From the NCBI GenBank assembly GCA_964620965.1, contig CAZUHV010000001.1:85839-149838 (forward strand): 64,000 nucleotides of DNA. Direction: 5' to 3'. The position numbers were made by a program, and so were the translations under genes. The notes under the pieces were generated by a model. The model did no database searches, was not told where the DNA came from, and saw nothing but the letters and a program-made list of their open reading frames with translations. The DNA comes from an uncultured Pseudomonadales bacterium (GTDB lineage Bacteria > Patescibacteriota > Microgenomatia > UBA1400 > PJMF01). Shown piece after piece: positions 10,253 through 19,605 of the stretch (the stretch's first letter is position 1; every line of letters begins with the position of its first letter).

Positions 10253-11542
10253 CTATCTTCCAACTCCAAAATAAGTATATCCTTGTTCAACCAATTTTTC
10301 TTTCGAAAACTGGTTTCTTGCATCAATAAAAATTTGTTTTTTATCTTCTTTTACTTTCCCAAAATCAAACGCAACAATCTCAGACCACTCAATCAAAGCA
10401 ATAATTACATCAGCCCCCTTGCAGGCTTCTGAAATTTTTTCATGATATGTTGCATTTTTATCTTCAGGAATAAAATACTTCACAACTTCAAGTGCCTTTG
10501 GATCAAAACCTCTCACAACTGCACCTCGAGATAATAGTTCTGGGATGACTTTTACACTTGGAGCTTCTCTCATATCATCAGTATTTGGTTTAAATGAAAG
10601 ACCTAATACAGCGACTGTTTTACCCTCAAAACCACCAATTTCTTGGGAATATTGTTCTAGTAATTTACCAATCCTGTATTCATTCAGTTCATTTATCTTG
10701 TTAAATAGGTTTCCATCTTCGCCAACTGTTCTTGAATAGTGAGCTAACTCTTTTACATCTTTAGGGAAACAAGAACCGCCGTATCCAAAACCAGGATACC
10801 AATAGTGACCTCCCACTCTCTTATCTTCACTAATTGCGTTAATAACCTCTTGTACATCAGCACCATTTTTTTCACATAAATCAGCAATTTGATTAATAAA
10901 AGTGATTCTTGTTGCTAAATAAGCATTTGCTGCATACTTTGCCATTTGAGCAGATTCTGGACTCACTTTAATTACAGGAGCCTGCAATGGTTTGTGCAGC
11001 TCTTCAAGAATGTCATATGCGTATTTTCTTGTAGCACCAATAACAATTCTATCTGGATGTAACGTATCATGAACTGCGGTTCCTTCTTTTAAGAATTCTG
11101 GAACTGAAGCTGTCGCAAACTCAACTTTTGTTAGTTTTTCAATATGTTCTGCTACCACTGGTAAAGTTCCAGGTGGAACTGTAGATTTAACAACCACAAC
11201 TGCACGTTCTTTTAAATATGGAGCAGCACTTTCGCTGGCAGCAAAAACAAACCTCAGATCAGCATTACCATCTGCAGCCGAAGGAGTTCCAACTGCAATC
11301 ACAATTACATCAGAGTTTGTCACGGCTTCTTGGTATGATGTTGTAAAAGTAAGGTTACCCTCTTTTTGCGTATGAGCAAGTAATTCCTCAAGGTTTGGTT
11401 CAAAAAAAGGAACTTTTGAGTTTCTTAAAGAAGCTATCTTCTTCTCATCTATATCAAGACCAACAACTTCATGACCAAAAGAAGCATAAACAGCAGCTGT
11501 CACAACCCCTACAAATCCTGTACCTATAACTGTAATTTTCAT
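10253..11542 (-). CDS. ugd: UDP-glucose/GDP-mannose 6-dehydrogenase family nucleotide-sugar dehydrogenase
   Basis: MKITVIGTGFVGVVTAAVYA NAD-binding N-terminus. Catalytic GGSCFPKDV motif. Confidence 0.8.
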   Translation of the reverse strand: MKITVIGTGFVGVVTAAVYASFGHEVVGLDIDEKKIASLRNSKVPFFEPNLEELLAHTQKEGNLTFTTSYQEAVTNSDVIVIAVGTPSAADGNADLRFVFAASESAAPYLKERAVVVVKSTVPPGTLPVVAEHIEKLTKVEFATASVPEFLKEGTAVHDTLHPDRIVIGATRKYAYDILEELHKPLQAPVIKVSPESAQMAKYAANAYLATRITFINQIADLCEKNGADVQEVINAISEDKRVGGHYWYPGFGYGGSCFPKDVKELAHYSRTVGEDGNLFNKINELNEYRIGKLLEQYSQEIGGFEGKTVAVLGLSFKPNTDDMREAPSVKVIPELLSRGAVVRGFDPKALEVVKYFIPEDKNATYHEKISEACKGADVIIALIEWSEIVAFDFGKVKEDKKQIFIDARNQFSKEKLVEQGYTYFGVGR

Positions 11543-11600
11543 ATCTATCTCTTTCTATACTATACCAATAAAGCAAAGTCTGTGTGAGATTTCAAGTATA

Positions 11601-12647
11601 TCACTTTTCGACCTGGCTTGTGGCATGAGCTGATCTGGAAACTTCTTCAGGACTAATCCATACATATGAATTAAATACCCAATCAACTAATTTCGTAGTT
11701 TCTAGGTACCTGTCATCACTACCCATAACCACAACTATAATATTGTGATTTTCTCTCTTAAATTGTGTAATAAGTACTTGTGCAGCCCCTTCAGTTGTTC
11801 CCGTCTTGATACCAACTACCGTCGGATCAACTCCTAACAACTTGTGTGTTGATTCAAAAGCATGTGTGTATTCACCAGATAAATCAGTAATCTCTGCAGT
11901 TTTTGTTGCAACCACAGAAGCTAAAAATTCATTTTTCATGAACTCTTTACTTAAAATTACTAAATCGTGTGCAGAGCTTCGTTGGACATCATCGTCAAAA
12001 CCGGCAGGGTTTTTGTACTGAGTGCTTTGCAACTGAAGAGCTTGTGCTTTTGTATTCATTTTTTGCACAAAATTTTCAATCCCTGCCGAAGAACTCAGAG
12101 CAAGGATATACGCTGCATCATTATTAGATTGAATTAAAGTAGCCTTTAATAAATCTTTTACATACATTTGTTCGCCAACAGCAAATTCATAACTAAAGCC
12201 CTCAATACGAGGCAGTTCTGGAACAACAATAACTTGATCCAATTGAAATTCATCAAGTGCAACTAGAGCAGTCATAAGTTTAGTCGTTGAGGCTGGAAGT
12301 AAAATACGTTCACTATTCCTTTCAAATAAAACAGTTCCTGTATCAATATCTTCAACATATGCTGATTTTGCGGTAATTGAATTGGCAAAATCTTGGTAAG
12401 AAACGTAGTTTGTCGCAGAATTCGTTGCAACTAAACCAGCTCCATTTAAATCACTAGGTACATCCAAACCAAGCTTTTCTTTTAATACAGGAATCTTTTG
12501 AACTGGGACCAAATACACTTCATTCACTGGCTCTAGTTGTTCTGTTGTAAAAAACAAAGCATCTAGACCACGATAAATGACAAATGTCACCAATATAACC
12601 AAAAAACTAGCTAGCAAATAATACTTCTTTGCTTGTAAACGTTTCAT
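11601..12647 (-). CDS. D-alanyl-D-alanine carboxypeptidase (peptidase S11, PBP5/DacA-like)
   Basis: N-terminal membrane anchor or signal. SxxK motif ASTTKLMT. SNN motif (IQSNNDAAY). KTG motif (GIKTGTTEGA). Confidence 0.75.
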   Translation of the reverse strand: MKRLQAKKYYLLASFLVILVTFVIYRGLDALFFTTEQLEPVNEVYLVPVQKIPVLKEKLGLDVPSDLNGAGLVATNSATNYVSYQDFANSITAKSAYVEDIDTGTVLFERNSERILLPASTTKLMTALVALDEFQLDQVIVVPELPRIEGFSYEFAVGEQMYVKDLLKATLIQSNNDAAYILALSSSAGIENFVQKMNTKAQALQLQSTQYKNPAGFDDDVQRSSAHDLVILSKEFMKNEFLASVVATKTAEITDLSGEYTHAFESTHKLLGVDPTVVGIKTGTTEGAAQVLITQFKRENHNIIVVVMGSDDRYLETTKLVDWVFNSYVWISPEEVSRSAHATSQVEK

Positions 12648-12670
12648 AAGACTACTCTAATTGTAGCAAT

Positions 12671-14083
12671 TTATTCTTGTTCAGGCAGTACAACTTTTAT
12701 GTGTAGTTCTTTGAGTTGCTCTTCACTAACTTCTGCTGGAGCTCCCATCACTGCAGTTCTTCCTGTAGAAGTCATAGGAAATGCTATTGCCTCTTTAAGT
12801 GATGTTTCACCAGCAAGCAGCATTACCAAACGATCTAAACCTAAAGCGATTCCACCATGTGGAGGAGTTCCAACTTCAAATGCTTCAAGCATGTGACCAA
12901 CACCTTCTTGAATTTCTTCTTCTGAATAACCCATTATTTTGAATGTAGCTTTTAAAACTTCAGCCTTATGAGCACGAATGCTTCCACCACCAGCTTCATA
13001 TCCATTACAAACTAAATCATATTGAGCTGTAACGATTTCTCCAATATTTTCACCTTTTAGATGTTGCTCTACATGTTCAGGAATCGGGGTTGAAAATGGA
13101 TTATGTGTAAATGTCCAGCCACTCTTGCCATCTGCAACTTCCGCTTTATCTGCTGTATCAACTTTCTTAAAAAAAGGAAAACTCACAACCCAAGCAAAGG
13201 CTAAAACACCTTCTTCTTTTTCTTTTTCAGTTCTTAAATCAAACTTATCTGCACCAAACTGTTTGATTGCCTCTTCATAAGTGAAAACTGGGAATGTTTC
13301 GTCTTTGAGCTTTCCTCCGACTGCTTTGACTGCATATTTTGTCATAGCTTCAACGGTGTTCATCACATCTTTTTGCTCAACAAAACTCATTTCTAAGTCA
13401 AGTTGTGTAAATTCAAAACCTCTATCTGCACGAAGGTCTTCATCACGAATACAACGTGCAACTTGAAAATAGTTTTCTACTCCTGCTGTCATCAAAAGCT
13501 GTTTATATTGCTGTGGACTTTGAGGTAATGCATAGAACTTTCCAGGATTAAATCTTGATGGAACAATAAAGTCACGAGCGCCTTCTTTAGTTGCTAATGA
13601 AAGCATTGGTGTTTCTACCTCAACAAAATCTTGCTTAAACAAATATTCTCTGAAAGCTTGAATAAGTGCAGAACGCATTCTTAAGGTTTTACGCATTCTC
13701 TCTCTTCGAAGATCGAGGTATCTGTATTTTAAGCGAACTTCTTCTTTAACCTCATATCCATCACCCTCAACTTGAATTGGAAGCTCTTTTGCTTTGTTAA
13801 GGATTTCATACTCTTGAACTTCAATCTCAACCGTTCCAGTTTCTGAATCTTTATTAATCATTCTTTCTGGACGGGCTTTAACTAATCCCTTAATGGAAAC
13901 TACTGATTCTGGAGTTAAGTCTCCCATCATTTGAAAACCTACGCATTGTACAGAAGCTGTATAGTCTCTTAAATCAATAAAAGTAATCTTTCCATGATCT
14001 CTTTTTGTAGAAACCCAACCTTTAAGTGTTACTGTTTCACCAACTAATTCTGGTGTTTGTTTAATTAATGTACGTTTTGACAT
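12671..14083 (-). CDS. aspS: aspartate--tRNA ligase (archaeal/eukaryal-type class IIb, AspRS)
   Basis: QSPQ flipping-loop motif (LPQSPQQYKQ). Motif 2 FQVARCIRDEDLRADRGFEFTQLDLE. Motif 3 GGGSIRAH...GLDRLVML. The ORF track starts at 14128, but the AAGGAG RBS is positioned for the ATG at 14083 (MSKRTL). Confidence 0.8.
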   Translation of the reverse strand: MSKRTLIKQTPELVGETVTLKGWVSTKRDHGKITFIDLRDYTASVQCVGFQMMGDLTPESVVSIKGLVKARPERMINKDSETGTVEIEVQEYEILNKAKELPIQVEGDGYEVKEEVRLKYRYLDLRRERMRKTLRMRSALIQAFREYLFKQDFVEVETPMLSLATKEGARDFIVPSRFNPGKFYALPQSPQQYKQLLMTAGVENYFQVARCIRDEDLRADRGFEFTQLDLEMSFVEQKDVMNTVEAMTKYAVKAVGGKLKDETFPVFTYEEAIKQFGADKFDLRTEKEKEEGVLAFAWVVSFPFFKKVDTADKAEVADGKSGWTFTHNPFSTPIPEHVEQHLKGENIGEIVTAQYDLVCNGYEAGGGSIRAHKAEVLKATFKIMGYSEEEIQEGVGHMLEAFEVGTPPHGGIALGLDRLVMLLAGETSLKEAIAFPMTSTGRTAVMGAPAEVSEEQLKELHIKVVLPEQE

Positions 14084-14125
14084 ACATCTCCTTTTATCAA
14101 CAGGCTCTTTTTTGCAAAAATGATA

Positions 14126-14295
14126 CAAAAAAACACGTCTTGTGCCCTACTACGTTGAAAGGGCTCTTGGACGTGCGTCAAAAGCGGTGCCACCTTATCT
14201 AATACTTTATTCCTGCTATCACGGGCTTACCCGGGTTAAAAAACCTACGCAGTTTGTTTTTATACAAACACTGGTCTATTGTCAGAAGACTCTCT
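14126..14295 (-). ncRNA. T-box riboswitch leader (candidate Asp specifier GAC) upstream of aspS
   Basis: On the minus strand there is a T-box consensus AAGGTGGCACCGC. It is followed by terminator hairpin CACGTC...GCCC-tttcaacgtagta-GGGC...GACGTG plus a U7 run ending 40 nt before the aspS RBS. The upstream stem-I region has an AGAGA motif and a loop containing GACA. A promoter TTGATA-18-TAAAAT lies at 14301..14330. Confidence 0.6.
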
Positions 14296-14482
14296 AGCGT
14301 ATTTTATTTTGCTAAAAAGTATTGTATCAAATAAATTACTAGATTGCATTCATAAAATAAAAAGCTATAATCAGGAACTGAAAAATATGACCCTTCTACA
14401 AACCACACACAAGCAACAAATGATTACCCTTTTTAGTAATAAGGTGCGGGTTTGATTGGAAAAAAATAGTATAGAAAAAAAA

Positions 14483-14508
14483 TGAAAACCCGCCAAAATA
14501 GGCGGTTT
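14483..14508. terminator. bidirectional rho-independent terminator hairpin
   Basis: CCGCC-aaaata-GGCGG stem with an A-run on one side and a T9 run on the other. On the minus strand it would stop the recJ transcript before the aspS promoter and T-box region. Confidence 0.45.
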
Positions 14509-14521
14509 TTTTTTGAAAAAA

Positions 14522-14893
14522 ATGAGAACGACAATAGAACAAAAAATAACTTCTCCTCCTGAAATTGATCTTGCTACAAAAAAAGCAGAAATTAGTGCAA
14601 GGAAAAAAGAGAAATATAAAAAAAGATTAGAACAAGCATATGCTGAATACGAAGTAATCCGTGCAGAGTTTTTAAGAAGGATTGCTCAAGAAGCTGGGAT
14701 TACAATCAATCAACTCAATGATCCAGAAACTATGGATTGGGCACTCAAAAAAATACGATATCAAGAAATAAAACCTGCGGTCATTAAGGGATCAAAAAGT
14801 GATCCTAGAGTAAAAGCAGAACGAAAAAAAGGTTACGCTCAAAAAATAAGAAGAAAAAGACTCAAACAACTAGGTCGTTTGTATATCTTTTAA
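14522..14893 (+). CDS. hypothetical small basic protein
   Basis: The ORF track starts at TTG 14513, but ATG 14522 (MRTTIEQ) is more plausible. Lys/Arg-rich. Its 3' end overlaps convergent recJ by 24 nt. Confidence 0.4.
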   Translation: MRTTIEQKITSPPEIDLATKKAEISARKKEKYKKRLEQAYAEYEVIRAEFLRRIAQEAGITINQLNDPETMDWALKKIRYQEIKPAVIKGSKSDPRVKAERKKGYAQKIRRKRLKQLGRLYIF

Positions 14894-16549
14894 AATAACT
14901 TGAGGATATTTTTTTTCTCTCCATTCATTGATATCGAGAGTACCAATAAGTGATATTTTTGAGTTTACTTTTAAATCAGAATAAAAATCGCTCATTCTCC
15001 AACCCAAACAATCAAAAGCTGTTGCACCAGAGTTATCAAACTCCTGAACTTTAAGTTTAATATGCTCTTGTTCCTTACCAATTTTTTTTATTTCTAAAAC
15101 TTTTAGGTTTTTGATTTCAAAAACTGGTTGCACATTCGCCATACCATATGGAGCAAACTCTGAAAGTGACTCTATTGTTGCAACAGATATAAGCTGAACA
15201 GGAATCTCACACTCAACTTCTATTCCTCTTTCTAATTGAGATTTTTTTATTTTCTCATTTGCCAACTGAAACAATCTCTTTTTTATAGTTTCTAATTTTT
15301 CTGGCAAAAAGCTAAACCCGGCAGCCATTGGATGACCGCCTACAGAAACCAAATCATCTCTAATTTCTCTGAGAATTTCTGTAATATTTACTTCCTGTAT
15401 TGATCTTGCGGAGGCTTTTGCTAAATCTGCTCCTAGTGAAATTGCAATCGATGGTTTGTAGTATTTTTCTGATAAACCTCCAGCAATTAAACCAAGTATT
15501 CCCTCATGATATTTTTCTGAGTGCACAATAATGAGGTTCTCAGTAATAATCTCAGAAACTTGTAACATGGCATCATCAAGCATTTCTTTTGTAAGATCTT
15601 GTCTTGTTACATTTGTGGCCTGTAAAATACTAGCCAGTTCTTCTGCCTGTTTTTTATTCTTAGTGCACAATAAGCGCAAAGCATCAAGACCATGTTCGAG
15701 TCTTCCCATTGCATTAATTCGCGGGGCAATAACAAAACCAATTGTCCCTTCTGTAATCTCTGTCTGTTTAACTTGGGAAACTTTACAGAGCTCAAGAATA
15801 CCCAAATTTTTGCTTTTACGTAAAGCTTTTATACCAAATGTTGCAAAACTCCTGTTTGCCTTTAAAAGTGGCACTTGATCAGCTATCGTTGCAATACCAG
15901 CTAAATCAAGCAGTTGCTCTGCATATTCTGCATCTAAACCTTTTGCAAGCATCCAAGAAACTGTTGCTCCACATAACTGGGTTGTATGCACAATATGAGT
16001 AGCAAGAGGAAAAATTTCTGTTTCACCTTTTTTTTCTGGTTGATGATGATCTGTGACAATAACGGCAATACCTTTATCCCGTGCATATTGAACAGCCTCG
16101 TGGGCAACAATACCATTATCAACCGTTATGATCAGATCTGGGTTATAACTTGTAACAATTTCATCTATGGCAACTTGAGTAATTCCATAGCCATGTTTTT
16201 CTCTGTGAGGAATAAACGGAGCAGGATGCTTTTTACCTTCTGGATGATGAGTTTTATAGAGTTTAAACAGTACTTGCCATAAAATGGCACTCGCACAAAT
16301 TCCATCTACATCATAATCTCCAAAAATAACAATTCTTTTATCTTCTTTTAGAAACTTTTTAATAAGTTTTAATGCTCCAGAATATTCTGCTTCTGAAATT
16401 TTGAGTTGTGACACCGAAAAATCAACAGGATTTTTTGGATGTAAAAACTCTTCAGTATCTTCTTTTTGTATATTTCTATTCTTAAATACAACTTTCAAAA
16501 GAGATTCTATAGTTTTTGGAACCACATTAGATTTTTTATGCCACTTCAT
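14870..16549 (-). CDS. recJ: single-stranded-DNA-specific exonuclease RecJ (DHH/DHHA1)
   Basis: DHH motifs FGDYDVDGICASAIL, DHHQ (VTDHHQP), and GGHPMAAG in the DHHA1 domain. Confidence 0.85.
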   Translation of the reverse strand: MKWHKKSNVVPKTIESLLKVVFKNRNIQKEDTEEFLHPKNPVDFSVSQLKISEAEYSGALKLIKKFLKEDKRIVIFGDYDVDGICASAILWQVLFKLYKTHHPEGKKHPAPFIPHREKHGYGITQVAIDEIVTSYNPDLIITVDNGIVAHEAVQYARDKGIAVIVTDHHQPEKKGETEIFPLATHIVHTTQLCGATVSWMLAKGLDAEYAEQLLDLAGIATIADQVPLLKANRSFATFGIKALRKSKNLGILELCKVSQVKQTEITEGTIGFVIAPRINAMGRLEHGLDALRLLCTKNKKQAEELASILQATNVTRQDLTKEMLDDAMLQVSEIITENLIIVHSEKYHEGILGLIAGGLSEKYYKPSIAISLGADLAKASARSIQEVNITEILREIRDDLVSVGGHPMAAGFSFLPEKLETIKKRLFQLANEKIKKSQLERGIEVECEIPVQLISVATIESLSEFAPYGMANVQPVFEIKNLKVLEIKKIGKEQEHIKLKVQEFDNSGATAFDCLGWRMSDFYSDLKVNSKISLIGTLDINEWREKKYPQVILKDIQTT

Positions 16550-16586
16550 ATTAGTACTATACCACTTCTCAAATAATTTACTCTGC

Positions 16587-16616
16587 TTGAAACCTGTTTA
16601 TTTAACCTGGTACAAT
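16587..16616 (+). promoter_or_regulatory. sigma70-like promoter for cca
   Basis: TTGAAA - 18 nt - TACAAT, 14 nt upstream of the cca start codon. Confidence 0.4.
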
Positions 16617-16629
16617 CTAAAGTTAGATT

Positions 16630-18216
16630 ATGGTAACTATAGAAAAAATTACAGTTTCAATAGAAGCACTCTATATTTTATATTGTCTGCAAAAACAAAA
16701 ATATGAGGGGTATATTGTTGGAGGAGCTGTCCGCGACACCTTAAGAGATTCTTTACTGTCAAAAAAACTTGATTCAACAAAAATGCTTACCGCTTCTGAC
16801 TATGATTTCACAACAAATGCAAAACCAGAAGAAATCCAAACTATTTTTCCAGAAAACTTTTATGATAATGTTTTTGGTACTGTTGGGATCGCTCAAAAAC
16901 ACCTCCTAGAGCAAATGGGCAAACCAGTTGATCCTAAAATTGAAGAAAAAACTGACCAAAATAACCAGGTGATCAATTTAGACTCTGCAACAAAAATTCA
17001 TGAATCTTTACAAAACTCTAACTCTGAGACAAAAAACTTTGAAAAAAAACAAAAAGATATCTATGAAATAACTACGTTTCGTTCTGATGGCGTGTACAAC
17101 GACCACAGAAGACCAGAAACTGTAACTTGGGGAAACACATTACAAGAAGACTTAAGTAGGAGAGATTTTACTATAAATGCAATGGCAATTAAAATTTCTC
17201 AATCATTTTTAGAAACAATAGATTTTGCAACCGCACAACCAGCTCTAACAGTAACAACAGAAAATTATGAAATTATAGACCTTCATAATGGAATGGAAGA
17301 TCTTGAATCTGAAATTATCAAAACAGTTGGTAATCCAAATAAACGTTTTACTGAAGATGCCTTAAGAATGCTTCGAGCAATTCGATTTTCTGTTCAGTTA
17401 AATATGCAGATTGATGAAGAAACTTTTGAAGCGATTCTCAAAAACTCACATCTGCTTCAACATATTAGCTATGAAAGAATTAGCGATGAGTTTTTAAAAA
17501 TGATTGGAAGTGAGTTTCCTAAAGAAGCAATACAAATTTTGGATGAAACAAAACTCCTAGAATATATCATTCCAGAACTTCTAGATGGAAAAGGAGTCAA
17601 GCAAGGTGGTCATCATACTACCGACGTTTGGACCCACAACCTTGATGCAATTGCTAGTTGCCCTTCTCTAGACCCAATCGTTCGCTTAGCAACTCTCTTG
17701 CACGATATTGCAAAACCTCATACCTATAAAGAAATAGATGGCAAGCCAACATTTTATAACCACGAGATTATTGGTTCGAGAATAGCAAAAAATATTGCTA
17801 GAAGGTTACGGCTCTCAAAAAGTGATGTTGAAAGGGTATTCACTCTAGTTAGATATCACATGTTTTACTATCAGCCAGATCACACAGATGCTTCTATTAG
17901 AAGGTTTATGAGAAAAGTCGGATTAGAGAACATAAATGATATTTTAGATTTACGTGAAGCAGATAGGCTTGGAAGTGGAGCCAAAAAAACAAGTTGGAGA
18001 CTCGAAGAAATGAAAGAAAGAATGGTTTCTCAACTTCACCAACCATTTGCCATAAAAGATTTAGCAATCAATGGACATGATATTATGGATACTTTTAGGA
18101 TAAAACCTGGTCCTGAACTTGGAAAAATTTTAAATGATTTATTTGAAAAAGTTTTAGAAAATCCAGAATTGAACACAAAAGAAATTTTGCTTAAAGAAGT
18201 TGAAAAAATGCTCTAG
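16630..18216 (+). CDS. cca: CCA-adding tRNA nucleotidyltransferase / poly(A) polymerase family with HD domain
   Basis: Pol-beta NTase head GGAVRDTLRD...DYDFTT with RxxRFxxQL. C-terminal HD motif (LLHDIAKP). An unusually long insert lies between the head and neck. Confidence 0.8.
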   Translation: MVTIEKITVSIEALYILYCLQKQKYEGYIVGGAVRDTLRDSLLSKKLDSTKMLTASDYDFTTNAKPEEIQTIFPENFYDNVFGTVGIAQKHLLEQMGKPVDPKIEEKTDQNNQVINLDSATKIHESLQNSNSETKNFEKKQKDIYEITTFRSDGVYNDHRRPETVTWGNTLQEDLSRRDFTINAMAIKISQSFLETIDFATAQPALTVTTENYEIIDLHNGMEDLESEIIKTVGNPNKRFTEDALRMLRAIRFSVQLNMQIDEETFEAILKNSHLLQHISYERISDEFLKMIGSEFPKEAIQILDETKLLEYIIPELLDGKGVKQGGHHTTDVWTHNLDAIASCPSLDPIVRLATLLHDIAKPHTYKEIDGKPTFYNHEIIGSRIAKNIARRLRLSKSDVERVFTLVRYHMFYYQPDHTDASIRRFMRKVGLENINDILDLREADRLGSGAKKTSWRLEEMKERMVSQLHQPFAIKDLAINGHDIMDTFRIKPGPELGKILNDLFEKVLENPELNTKEILLKEVEKML

Positions 18217-18219
18217 GTC

Positions 18220-18708
18220 TTATTTCAATGGCAAGCGCTGTAAAATAGGTAAATGATCAAATGCGACTTTCTCTGGTAAACTCTCTAAAGGAAACCACCT
18301 CGCTGCAACTGTTTCAATTCCATCAATAGTTAATTCTCCAGAAAACTGATTTGCTGTAAAGTAAAAATCAACTACTTGGTTTTTAGCCTTGTTTTGAGGA
18401 GTTGAAAAGACATGAAATAGTTTGAGACTTGCAGGATCAACAAGCAATCCCGTTTCTTCTTTTAGTTCTCGAGCAGCCCCTTGCTCAACTGTTTCATCCC
18501 AATCAAGATATCCTCCAGGCAAGTCCCACCAACCTTTGTCTGGTTCATCTCCTCTTTGAACAAGTAAAATTTGAGAATCTTTTAAAAGTATTACATTTGT
18601 TGCCATTGGCCGAGCATTAAATCGTGCGCAACTCCGACAAAATTCTCCTTTAGCTATTTTTCCTGTTGGATTATCCAACCAAAGTTGATGATCAGAACTA
18701 TTCGGCAT
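18220..18708 (-). CDS. NUDIX hydrolase
   Basis: Nudix box GGYLDWDETVEQGAARELKEETGL. N-terminal CxxC pair (CRSCARF). Confidence 0.75.
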   Translation of the reverse strand: MPNSSDHQLWLDNPTGKIAKGEFCRSCARFNARPMATNVILLKDSQILLVQRGDEPDKGWWDLPGGYLDWDETVEQGAARELKEETGLLVDPASLKLFHVFSTPQNKAKNQVVDFYFTANQFSGELTIDGIETVAARWFPLESLPEKVAFDHLPILQRLPLK

Positions 18709-18723
18709 ACCATGACCTTTGCA

Positions 18724-19605
18724 CTACTTTTTTTTGTTTTTTTGTCTTGCAACAATATCATCCCACAAAAGTAACAGTGGTGCCGCAGTAAATGTTGATG
18801 AATAAGTTCCCGTGATAGCACCAATTAAAAGTGCAACTGCAAACCAACGAATGGTTGCACCACCCAAAAGTGAAAGCGCAGCCAACATAACAATGATTGT
18901 TACCGAGTTATTAATAGATCTGCTTAAAGTTTCTAAAACGGCTGTGTTAACCAATGACTTATACTCCATACCCGCATGTTTTCTTCGCAGTTCACGTATT
19001 CTGTCAAAAACAACAATAGTGTCGTGCACAGAAAATGAAAGTGTTGTTAACAATGCAGTCACAAACAAGACGTCAACTTGAATTCCATAAAAATGACCTA
19101 AAAGACTAAAGGAACCTAGTAACACCAATGAGTCATGAAACATAGCTAAAATTGCGGAGACACCATATTTGAGTTCATTAAACTGTCTCCAGACATAGAT
19201 TGTAATAATTCCCGCGACAAGCAATAAAGCTGTTAAAGTCTTTTGCAGTAATTCTTTACTCAACGTTGGACCAACAGATTCAAATCGTAGTTCCTGCGCT
19301 GTAGGATAAGTTTTTTGTAGTTCACTTAAAGCTACAACCTTTGTTTCATTTTGAATGTCAATACCTTCGATAACATATCTTTCTGACTCTGTTTGAGTAA
19401 TAGATCTTACTTCGTATGTTGGACTAATAATTTCTGTAATACTTTCCACAGAAGCTTGAGAATCATTTATAGAAATTTCAAGTATTGAACCCCCAACAAA
19501 ATCTATTGAAGAATTAAAACCGTATTTTAATAAAGAAATAATACTTGGAATCAATATAAGTAAAGAAATAGCAAAAAATAAATTACGAAATTTCATAATA
19601 TTCAT
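18724..19605 (-). CDS. secF: protein translocase subunit SecF
   Basis: Six-TM SecF topology. Periplasmic loop and a C-terminal SecD/SecF TM bundle (GxxxG-rich TM helices). Directly downstream of secD. Confidence 0.8.
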   Translation of the reverse strand: MNIMKFRNLFFAISLLILIPSIISLLKYGFNSSIDFVGGSILEISINDSQASVESITEIISPTYEVRSITQTESERYVIEGIDIQNETKVVALSELQKTYPTAQELRFESVGPTLSKELLQKTLTALLLVAGIITIYVWRQFNELKYGVSAILAMFHDSLVLLGSFSLLGHFYGIQVDVLFVTALLTTLSFSVHDTIVVFDRIRELRRKHAGMEYKSLVNTAVLETLSRSINNSVTIIVMLAALSLLGGATIRWFAVALLIGAITGTYSSTFTAAPLLLLWDDIVARQKNKKK

